Below, in pieces: positions 12,901 to 23,074 of a stretch of DNA of 64,000 nt; the stretch's first letter is position 1, and each line of letters begins with the position of its first letter. The notes beneath the pieces were generated by a model, which worked only from the letters and a program-made list of their open reading frames with translations, was not told the DNA's origin and made no database searches. The position numbers were made by a program, and so were the translations under genes. Source of the DNA: Antedon mediterranea (taxonomy: Eukaryota; Animalia; Echinodermata); the NCBI RefSeq assembly GCF_964355755.1, contig NC_092679.1:3874201-3938200 (forward strand), in the 5' to 3' direction.

Positions 12901-15900
12901 ATGTGATGTGCCCACATACATGGACATGATGTCATATCACTACCGAATTTGGGTATATCACTACCATATTTGGACACATCAGACTTTTTATGTGAAATTA
13001 GTTTGATAGTGTAGGCAGAGCTTAATATATCTCAAATAATTGATAATTGTAAATCATTTTGCCATTTTCTCATCAGTTATGTTTACATGATGCCAAGACG
13101 AGGACAAGCTTTGGTAGAATTTGAAGAGTTTTCTGGTGCAAAGGCATGTGTAGATTTTGTGAATGTAAGTATTTGATTGATAATTTGAATCACTTTGAGC
13201 AATAAGCGCTACGTAAAATATTATTATTAAATTTATGTTAAAAGATCTTTATTTGTTTAATTAACTTTTTTTTACAAGGGTAGCTCTAACCGCTGTACTA
13301 CAGCAGTACAGCTGACTTGAAGATGCCCTAATGACAATAAAGGGTATACATAAGTAATAATTTTTGTTATTTACAGGAACATCCAGAAAATGTGGTAAAT
13401 GTTGCAGGTACCCCTGCATTCTTTAACTACTCAACCAGCTCAAAGATCAAAAGGCCAGGGTAAGATTCACTACATCTTCAAGATTCTTCATTTTGTTTTT
13501 TGTTTTTTAAATAAAGAATATTACTTTTGTACTTGGAAGTTTGTTTACAGTCTGATAATGATATACAAAAGAAATGCAAAATTCTTGAGCTAATAAAGAA
13601 TTTGATTTTAAATTCTAATTGTTCCAATTAGGGTCGTTTAACACAGAAACAATTTTAGTAACGTGTATTTTAAGTAAAAAATTTAGCTATATTTTAGATC
13701 TGTCAGTGGTTTACTGACATTAATAAACTTGTAGAACTGATTAATTATTAGTAGTAATAATTAATCAAAGTTGAATGAACTTGATAAATTTTGTATCATG
13801 ATTATTATTCATAAAATGCCTGGTATGAATTTCAAGAAAAGCCCCCCTATTATATCACTGATGAGACTTAATTAAATGGTTGATTAATGATTAACTACAC
13901 ATATGTTGCTGCTGCTCATACAGTACTTGCATTCTTCAGTTAGAGCTTGCTACGTTGTGCTTTACAAATATGTCTGATGCCTACGATAGTTAAGTATTGC
14001 AACTTACTAATACTGTTACTTTTATTTTAATGTAGCACATCTTAATCCTGTGTTTGGATAAGGGGATTAGACAATATTATAGTAGGCCATTTGGCAAAAT
14101 GTTAGGAATGAAGTTACTTAGTAGTTTACAGTATTAGGCATATTTATACTGTTTTTTGGATAATGGGGATTAGACAATATTATAGTAGGCCATTTGGCAA
14201 AATGTTAGGAATGAAGTTACGTAGTAGTTTACAGTATTAGGCATATTTATACTGTTTTTTGGATAAGGGGATTAGACAATATTGTAATAATTGGCCATTT
14301 TGCAAAATGTTAGGATGAAAGTACTTGCAGGATGGTAGTAGTAGTTGACAGTATTAGGAAGGTGTGTCACAGTATGTGCTATGCAAAATATACATAGGAT
14401 TTAAAATAACTAGAGACCTAAGCTCTCTCTACACTATCAAACCAGTTTGACAAAAAAGTGCGATGTGCCCAATTATGGTAGTGACACAGTATGCCCAAAT
14501 ATGGTAGTGATATGACATCATGTCCATATGGGCACATCACATTTGTTTGTAACATAAACTTTGATAGTGTAGACAGAGCTTTACTGGAAGAATCTTTGGT
14601 GAAATCACAGCTAGATGAAGTAAGGAGTGATATAGAACAGCAATGTCCTACCATTAATATTCAAAGCCTGTTTTTTTTTTTTTTAGTGATGGTCTTGATG
14701 AGAGTGGTGCCAATAATGTACTACTTTTTACCATTTTGAACCCTCGCTATCCTATTACCACAGTAAGTACAAGAAATTAAACATCATTTGAAATTAACCC
14801 CTCCCCCCCCCTCTTAAATACATAAATAATTTATTATTAAAATCTAGAGTTATCTTCAATATGGACCAAACTCTCTGAGACATGGCTCACTTTCTAATTA
14901 TTAATTGATGTGTTTATTTTCAGGACGTTCTTCATTCCATCTGCAAGGGATATGGTGAAGTTCTTCGTATTGTGGTTTTCAAGAAAAATGGAGTACAGGC
15001 TATGGTTGAATATCCTTTATATGATATTTTAATATCTACAGTATATAATATAAATCATTTCCTCAAATCATTTTAATCCATATAATGTGTGCTGAGTTAA
15101 TGAAAGCTTTTTATATGTTATATGCAGTTTGCGGTTCACCATGTATATACAGTTTAGAAAAGAACTGTTGATTTTCTCGATGTTTCTGGTTTTCCAGCAA
15201 ACTGTATATCACCATATTGATTTCGCCATGCAAACCTTCAAACAATATAAGCTTTTTATTGCCAAATATTGCCTAGTAATAGAGGTGTAAGACAATTTTT
15301 TTTATTTAAATGCAAAAATATTACAGGAGATTGTGGTATGGGCACAAATTAACTGCTAATATGAAATACTGATATCTATTTCTGACAACACTAATAATAT
15401 TATTTGTTAATGTTAGCACTCCGCCATTAAATAATCCTGTATCCGCCTTGCATTGTGAGATAAAAGGTGTAAAAATGCAACTGTTGCACTATGCCATTGT
15501 TAAATCCCAAGTATATCATTGTATTCGAGTTATTTTCCTTAACACTTTGTTTAAGTTTGACTCAATTACTAGCTCAACATCAGCACTTCAGAACTTAAAC
15601 GGCTGTGATGTGTACTCTGGTTGTTGTTCTCTTCGTATTGACTATGCTAGGGTATGTACATTGCAGAGTGATTCTATTGAAACTATGTACTAAGCACTTA
15701 GTTTCTAGCCATATGGTCATTTAAAGGTATAATTAGCCAGTCCACTGCTTGAGGAAAGCCATAGCATGTTGCTTCCAAAGATCTCAAACTGTAGAACCAG
15801 TTGGTTACTTTGTTAGTTACCCCTTATAGTCCTTGAGGAAATGATTGTATTGTGCTCAATTATTCAATGTTACTCTTTCTACTATTCTTGCAGCCCAAGA

Positions 15901-18900
15901 CACTAACTGTACACAAAAATGACTCTGAAACTTTTGATTACACCAACCCTACCCTCGGAGCCACTCCAAACAACCCGAGTAAGTCTCTTTTAAATAATAA
16001 CATTCTATTTAAAATGTACATAATGTGTTTTTCCTGTTAATAAAAATAAATAAATGACGAAAGGTTTTTAGAGGGAACAACAATTTAAAAAAAAAGGGAT
16101 TGTTTCAAAATTTGTTTTTTAAATTCATGGGGTTGGTCAATGGTAGCATATCAAAAACTTTGTTGTTGTTTTCCATCACATATTTCCAGGGTTCTTGCCA
16201 CGACGGTTACCAGTGGTAGAGGGTGTGGTCACCACTCTCTACAGTACATCAGGCCTTGTCTTTTTAAAATTGTAGGTGTGCTACAAATTCCACTCCTCAA
16301 TACATTCAGGGGTGCTGTAGGTGTGCCGTTTGTATTTTGGTGTGTAGAAGTTTACCAAATTTAAGTTTGTTGTAAATCCCACTCCTCGGCAGTTTAAGTG
16401 TATGTTGGGTGAGTGATCGCACACGCTCACCTCAAAAGAAAAGGCCTGATACATGCTGGCAAGCACCCTGTATTTCATAATGTACTGTAAATTACATGGT
16501 TACATTATATGGCTGTGTTTAACATTAACCACATTTCTTTTCAATTTCAGCACATTTTTTCTCAATCTCCTAGAGATAACCAACATTCCTTTATATTTAA
16601 CAGTAATATATTATCATGCATTTACTTCCTCAATAAGCATACAATGTTTTATCTTTCAATTGTAACATTGCAACCAGTCTTATCATATCACGATAAGACC
16701 ATTTTCAGAGTGACAACACATTTCAGCAAGTTACATAATCGACTCTCAGAACAAGATCAGGTAGAACGCAAGCTAACACGGAATACAAATGACGTTCAAA
16801 GCACAACAATATTCATGACATTCGTTACCTCTCACTAGCATTCAACGTAATAATATCAGAAGTTGAATCAACATAATAAGCATTGAAATAGTACACCAGA
16901 TATATGGTTGAAAGATGCCATGTGATATCACCATAATGTATATTACAAGACCATGATCTGCATAAGACATGAAGGCCTCACTGTTATCATAACCAGTCAA
17001 GAGATGCTGACAACAGTCATGTGACAACAGTCATGTGACAACCAACGTCTATTTGTCACCACATATCTTTCATACAGCCACTTCATACAGTGCCTACAGA
17101 AAATGACATGAATGAACACAACAAGGTGACAATGAACATGGCAAGGTGACAATGAACACAATAAGGTGACAATGAACATGACAAGGTGACAATGAACATG
17201 ACAAGGTGACACAACATGGTGACCGCAGGAAACATGAAATCATGATTATACACATCAGTTCATTTGAAGAGTTAACAACACCTTACATTGTGTGGATATG
17301 GTTCTTCGAACTTTAACCTTTACACAAAAGGGCATTCCTGTCTTTCAATTGGTTTTCTTTACGCATCAAGCCTGTCTACCCTTCCTTTGTGGTGTTTCTT
17401 AAAATGATTTCATGTACATATTTTTCACACAGAACAGTAGTTAATTTTCTCATACTAACATACGTTACCATTCTTAAGTTGTTACATATTTTTATACTAG
17501 ACATGTTATATGATGTTTCATTATGTTCTATTATCATTGTGGAGCATATAACACAAACATTGTATCATTAATAAAAATACAAAAACCTGAGTGTTAGTTT
17601 TTATTACATCATCGAGAAAAGGCAACTTACAGCAATATGACTCTCACCAACCTCAAAACAATGGAATATTCCAACTAACAATGCAATATTCCAACCCACA
17701 ATGCAATATTCCAACCAACAATGGAATATTCCCACCCACAATGCAATATTCCAACAAATGAAATAATTGAATAATGTATATTTACAATGATGAAGAAATG
17801 TACATGGAAGATTCTTAATATACAAACCAGCATTTGAACAAAAACAATATACCGTACAATAAATGTACATTATATTATCCTGCATTTAACTGAAATAACT
17901 TGCCATTTTATATATGAAATTTGTACAAATATATAGCTCACCCAATTTGCAACATTACAAAAAGAAATTACCATTCTGGTCAAAATATCTACAAAATTCA
18001 TTGAAAATTCAATCTCTTTTATTTTTAAATACCTTTTATTTGCTGGTTATGACCATACTTTCTTCTTCATCTTCCCAATATATTTGGAATCTTTTCCTGG
18101 TTTCCTCCTTTACCCCCTTACTGATACCCGGCAGAGGTTGCCGTCATGGTGGTATTTGAGAGATTGTTGCCGAAGTTGCTCTCTGGCTGTGCGTTGACAA
18201 GCCTGACGTGTTGACATCGTCAACCTGAGCACACTTGTGTGTAAGTCATAGTGAATGTTATTTTTTACTTAGGTAGTTGTAATTTATATAAGTGTATTTA
18301 AATAAATATAATAATTAATATACTGTGCAATAAATCCAATGTTAACATGTTGGTGTTTTAATATTTAACTATGTTCTGTTGAAAAAGAAAATGTTTGTCA
18401 TAATCTTTGGTTTCTTTTTTAAGTACAGGTTTTTATCCATACAGGTTAATTATGTTTTAAAAAGTTAAAATTGGTTGTCTTTTCATAATTTATTTTTCTT
18501 TCCACGTCATTCAGTCGGCATTGCCTACTTATTATTATGTTTTATAAATGTTAAAAAGCTATTTTGCATACAGCTAACGTGTTTAATTTTGCTTAATAGG
18601 TCGTGGTTCAGCGCTTCTAGATGACCCACCAGAGCCAGCTTACAATGGACCAAGTGTCCGAAGCAGAGGTGGAGTCCGTAATGACGGCATGGGCCCAGGA
18701 GGTGGTGGACGTTATGGTAATGTCCATTATTTGTGAACTCCAAAATGTGGAATTTGTTAGAAATCACAGCCGCTTTGGTTAGTGCCAACGTACTGATTTA
18801 TATCTAACTTTATTTCCATTATCTATTTAGGTATGGAGCCACCTATGCCTTCATATGGTAATGGTTCTCGTGCCGGTTACCAAGAGCGTGGCTTTCAAGG

Positions 18901-21900
18901 TCGCGGCGGTGGTGGATATCCTGTCGAACGAGGTGACTATGGCCAGTCTTACCAGGATCCATACGGTATGCAGTCTCCCTCTGCATTATCGTCGGCCATG
19001 ACTGGTGGCCCCGTGGTGATGGTTTACAACATGGACCCAGAGAAGATGAACTGCGAGAGGCTTTTCAACCTCCTCTGTCTGTATGGAAACGTTGTTAAGG
19101 TAACTCATTCATACACATTTATTCAGTTATTTAACTGGGGAAAACACTAGAAGCAAAAGCTTGTCTCATGAAGGCCCCTACAATACAAATATGTATTTAC
19201 TCTCATTCTCTTTTCAACTTCCTCTGTCTGTATGGAAACATTAAGGTAATTCATTCATTCAAATGCATTTATTCAGTTATAACAATAATAACTGGGGGCC
19301 ACACTAGAAAAAAAAGCTTGTCTCATGAAGGCCCCTACAATAAAAATATGTATTTACTCTCATTCCCTCATCCTTTGGATTGTATCTAAAGCTGTAGGTT
19401 CAAACAACCATACTAACTTTTTAGTGTGTTGTTATATTACAATTTCATTTGTGTTTCCAGGTCAAGTTTATGAAGACAAAGCCAGGGTGTGCTATGGCCG
19501 AGATGGCTGATGCCCTAGCAGTTGAAAGGGCCATTACTAACCTGAGCAACATTGAATTCTTTGGAAAGACTATCCAGCTTGGGTAAGAATCTTATGTAGA
19601 ATGTCAAATAGCATATATTCACCAGCATAAAATAGGGCTGACAATCCCTTCACACACTAAACTTTAAACAAATCTTGATTTCATGAGATGTTGAGGTTTC
19701 ATAAGAGATCATTTCAAATTATTTTCATCATCGAATACATTTTTACTTTAATAACCTATGATTTCAATTTGTTTGTTTCAATTAAGTAGAAGTTTATGAG
19801 GCAGTCCCTACATAAAGCAATGTGTATGATTACCAAAAAAAAAGCTTGCCTACAAAATTGCATTAACAGCTTAAAGAGCAAACAAAATGTAGTTACAGCA
19901 TTAGCTTAAGTAGTATAATTTGGCATGGTACCTTTTCTGCATTGCAATATTACAAAAGTAACTCATCTTTATGGTTATCTTATCTTACTATAGCTTCTCC
20001 AAACAAATGTACATTGCTCCACCACCAGTAGTTGGAGACTTATCTGATGGTACACCTGCGTTTAAAGATTTCTCAAGTAGCCGTAACAATCGCTTCTCAA
20101 CTGTAGAGTCTGCTGCCAAGAACCATATCCTTTTTATCATTATTGGAAATCTAACATTCCTGAAATTTCTATTCATGAATAAGACTTAAAATTTGCATAT
20201 ATGAAAAGGCCTTTAAAAACGTTGAAAAAATGATTGTTTTTTAAGTTTGTTACAATATGATATAGATATTTTATCAGTTTGACTTATGGATGAGCACTTA
20301 TCGTTTTAAACAAAAAGATAATTTTGTTATTATCTTAAAAACATTTAAATGTATTACAGCTGAGCTGGCATTACATTTAATAGGGAAAAATTGTTTAATG
20401 TTCGCATAGGAAATTGAATTTATAAAATGTTTTGGTTAAAATAAAACTTCAGTTTGACAAGAGCCATATGTTCTAGATACGGTACTAAGTAGGTGTAAAT
20501 CCCATGTAGTCAAAACCTGTTTAAATTTGTATTTTTTTAGATTTGATGGTGTATTTTGTTATATGTATTTATTTTCATTTGATGATTTCATTATATTGTT
20601 GTACCTTAATTATATGTTCACGTATTCAGCAACCGTCCAAGGTGCTTCACTTCTTCAACTCCCACCCAGAAAGTGATATTGAAAGGATAAGACAGGTAAA
20701 TATAGAAGAAGCCATCAAATATTAAAACACAAATTAAACCACATTGATCTCTCTTTCTAGTCCATTCAGCTTCACAAGTTTTACCTCTAAGGCCACAAGA
20801 CTTAAGCTTCACAGTATAGTTGATTGAATAAAACTGTTCTGTTCATAATAAAAGTATAAACGTAAGATGTACAAGGAACCAAAATCTGCTTACAATTAAA
20901 GTTCCAGTGGCTAAGACCAACCATTTCTAGAGCTCTTTTTTTCCTAATACAGTACAGTGAAAGACTGGAATACCATTCCATACTCCACACCATTATTAAT
21001 AAAACACCACTAAGCTGATCTCTAAATTTGACTCGCTAACCCCCCCTCTCCCCCCTCCTCCTTTCCTCCACCTCTATCTACACATAGAGTGATAATTTAG
21101 TTTTTCAATTACATAATAAAGATCAAAATGTTTAAAAAATAAAGGTACCTAAATAATTAACCTGTAAGACCTAGTCTTCACATGTCAACTTTGTATTGCT
21201 GTTAAGAATTTTTTTGGGGTTTTTTTTTCTCGAAAACCTAGTAAACAACCTTGATAATACTTGTAGTTCAGTCATGGCTATTAGTATTGGGCGTTTCTAA
21301 CTCAGATCCTAATCTAATCATCAACCATCCAATTGAATTAGATTTCTCTAATTTAATCGTTTTTATTTCAATCATTTTTAGGTATTTGTGACATGTGGTG
21401 CTGTAGAGCCGTTAAACATTAAAATGTTTGAAGGAAAAAGCAATGAGTATCAGAAAGGTTAGTATACTGAATAATACTAATTTATTATTTATTCTATTTA
21501 AAAAAACCTCCAGAAATGAAGAGATACGTTGAAATATCAAATCAATACAGAAAAATATACAAAACAATTCAAAGCTTAATCTCTGTCTACACTATCAAGC
21601 CAGTTTGACAAAAATGTGTGATGTACCCCAAATATGGTAGTGATATGCCCAAATATAGAAGTGATATGATGTCCATATATGGGCACATCACGTTTTTTGT
21701 CACATAAAGTTTGATAATGTAGACTGAGCTTTAGATTGCCCTCAGTAAGAGTTAAAGATAATTAATATGGTTTTTATTTACAAGTGTAATAATAATAATA
21801 AATGTTGATGTATTTCTGAATAAATTCAATTAGATAGTTTTACCTCGTAATTTGAAGAAAAAAAAGCTAATAAGTAATATATTTCAATTTATTCATAAAC

Positions 21901-23074
21901 ATGATAGCAGCTTTTACAAATTTATGAAATTTGTAATTTATTCCGGTTAATTGTACCGTAGATCGACTATTTACACAAAAAATGTTTACTTTACAATTGA
22001 CATTTGTAATACAATGTATTTGAAACATCTGTCGCCACCAGGTGACCTCACAAGTTGTATAATGTCTTTCCACAATATCTGGTTGTACAGAAATGTGCTG
22101 ATAAATTGCATTTAAGTTTAGACACTATTTATTATAAACCCAAAAGTCTACACAGGCAGTCGTGTCAAAATTACACTATTTACTTTAGTTTAGTGTACTG
22201 AGTCAGTCACTGCTATAATTATTAAGAATATAATATTTAATATATTCTTTATACTGAATGACATTTTCAGTGTTAAGGAATTGTTTTTCAAAGTGGTTCA
22301 GTAGAGAACATCAACAATATAAATTAAAACAATAATTTACAGTAAAAGCTTGCTAAATAATGTATAAACAGGTTATACAGTGAATAAATTATAGTTTCTG
22401 CAGTATAATTATTTATTTAATTACAGTAATTAAATTAATATAATGTTGATTTCCTCATTTATAGGTGAACGTAGCCGTACAGGCCTAGCTGAGTTCCCCG
22501 ACAAAGCCAAGGCAATTGAAGCCCTTATTCTCTGTAACCACACACCCATGCAAAACCCAAGTAAGCGTACTACTGTAGACAAATGTTTTTACCTGAGATT
22601 AAGTTAAATTTTTTTTTTTCATTATCAAATTTACTTTGAAATGGCCCTCGTTTTAAGCTGTCTACACTATCACTACACTATCTTCATATATGGACATGAT
22701 GATTACCATCACACTTTTTTCGCCAAACCAGTTTGATAGTGTAGACAGCGCTTTAGATATTTTAACTGTCTGTAATACAAAGTCACATTTATAACGTGTA
22801 TTATGTTAAGGTTAGGCATATGACCTAATTTACAGCATCACATGTTATGTGTATGTGACAGATTCAATTACAGATACAGTACCAAGAAGCAGCTATTATA
22901 GTATGTTGAGAATTATAACATGAATATTGTATGCATTATAAATGTTATTGGAAATACATTGTATTTATTTTCTGACAGAAAACAGAAATATTTAAACTTT
23001 TTTTTTTCTCTTCAGATGGCCGTTTCCCGTATACTTTCAAGCTGTGCTTCTCAAATTCAATGCACGCCCAGTGA
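9914..23074 (+). CDS. HNRNPL: Heterogeneous nuclear ribonucleoprotein L family protein (4 RRMs), 551 aa, 16 coding exons
   Basis: Exons: 9914-9988, 12617-12738, 13077-13164, 13377-13459, 14687-14762, 14924-15009, 15555-15651, 15894-15978, 18600-18716, 18831-19099, 19461-19582, 19994-20124, 20622-20695, 21382-21457, 22465-22560, 23016-23074 (1656 nt, open frame). Diagnostic peptides: KRQRT, PSKVIHVRGL, NNVLLFTILNPRYPIT, IVVFKKNGVQAMVEF, LNGCDVYSGCCSLRIDYA, MNCERLFNLLCLYGNVVKVKFMK, SRNNRFST, KNRIQQPSKVLHFFN, PYTFKLCFS. Confidence 0.95.
10372..12142. mobile_element. ~1.8-kb non-autonomous Kolobok-like DNA transposon in hnRNP L intron 1
   Basis: TTAA|AGCCCCCTTCCCTAC...GCAGGGAAGGGGTCT|TTAA: imperfect TIR, TTAA TSD and AG terminus. 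The interior is CpG-rich and has an internal inverted repeat (TTTTTGTAGTTGAGCCTC ~10865 / GAGGCTCAACTACAAAAA ~11098). No transposase ORF. Confidence 0.75.
12863..13022. mobile_element. MITE family A (PIF/Harbinger-like)
   Basis: TAA|AGCTCTGTTTACACTATCAAAC...GTTTGATAGTGTAGGCAGAGCT|TAA. Confidence 0.85.
14052..14320. repeat. Tandem duplication, ~108-bp unit x ~2.5
   Basis: The unit TTTGGATAA(T)GGGGATTAGACAATATTATAGTAGGCCATTTGGCAAAATGTTAGGAATGAAGTTAC... recurs at ~14053, ~14155 and ~14258. Confidence 0.85.
14421..14580. mobile_element. MITE family A (PIF/Harbinger-like)
   Basis: AGCTCTCTCTACACTATCAAAC...CTTTGATAGTGTAGACAGAGCT termini with the family's internal motifs. Confidence 0.85.
15010..15554 (+). 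other. U12-type (minor spliceosome) intron with AT-AA termini
   Basis: 5' site ATATCCTTT at 15010 and branch site TTTTCCTTAAC at 15533-15543. The frame (GA|G TTT GAC = E-F-D) is kept only if the intron ends at ...TTAA 15554. Confidence 0.85.
16187..16470. mobile_element. Small CAGGG-ended DNA element (6-bp TSD TATTTC) containing a nested family D element (16250-16448)
   Basis: Outer element: TATTTC|CAGGGTTCTTGCCA...TGGCAAGCACCCTG|TATTTC. Inner element: CAGGCCTTGTCTTTT...AAAAGAAAAGGCCTG, flanked by GTACAT/ATACAT. Confidence 0.8.
17111..17215. repeat. 20-bp minisatellite (ATGAACATGACAAGGTGACA) x ~5
   Basis: Repeated units read directly from the sequence. Confidence 0.9.
17657..17757. repeat. 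20-bp minisatellite (ACAATGCAATATTCCAACCC-like) x ~5
   Basis: Repeated units read directly from the sequence. Confidence 0.9.
18135..18240 (+). other. Candidate poison (PTC-containing) cassette exon of hnRNP L
   Basis: Polypyrimidine tract CTTTTCCTGGTTTCCTCCTTTACCCCCTTACTGATACCCGGCAG, then a GC-richer 106-nt segment, then a GTAAGT donor at 18241. When spliced after exon 15894-15978 it gives an in-frame TGA at 18212-18214. Confidence 0.65.
19060..19365 (+). repeat. Tandem duplication copying the 3' end and donor site of hnRNP L exon 10
   Basis: CTTTTCAAC(C/T)TCCTCTGTCTGTATGGAAAC...TTAAG|GTAA and the downstream intron sequence (AAAAGCTTGTCTCATGAAGGCCCCTACAATA...) occur twice, about 150 bp apart. 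Confidence 0.85.
20125..20621 (+). other. U12-type AT-AC intron
   Basis: 5' site ATATCCTTT at 20125, branch site TACCTTAAT at ~20602-20610, and 3' end TTCAC at 20621. Splicing gives AAC C|GT ATT CAG = N-R-I-Q of the conserved KNRIQ motif. Confidence 0.92.
21579..21730. mobile_element. MITE family A (PIF/Harbinger-like)
   Basis: CTCTGTCTACACTATCAAGC...TTTGATAATGTAGACTGAGCT termini. Confidence 0.8.
22656..22752. mobile_element. MITE family A, short copy
   Basis: AGCTGTCTACACTATC...GTTTGATAGTGTAGACAGCGCT. Confidence 0.7.

Larger units (their letters stand above)
16480..17960 (+). promoter_or_regulatory. CA-rich intronic tract, putative hnRNP L binding cluster
   Basis: Dense ACA/CA motifs on the sense strand, including the minisatellites at ~17007-17040, ~17111-17215 and ~17657-17757. 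hnRNP L is an established CA-rich-element binder; binding here is inferred. Confidence 0.6.

Noticed and set aside
15099-15300. H/ACA snoRNA or miRNA call for the intronic hairpin
   Set aside because: There is no convincing H box/ACA two-hairpin layout or recognised mature sequence. Kept only as a structural observation.
16997-17885. Minus-strand ORFs with repeated peptides (HVHCHL, WNIAL) as novel proteins
   Set aside because: They are translations of the 20-bp minisatellites antisense to an hnRNP L intron, with no splice or homology support.
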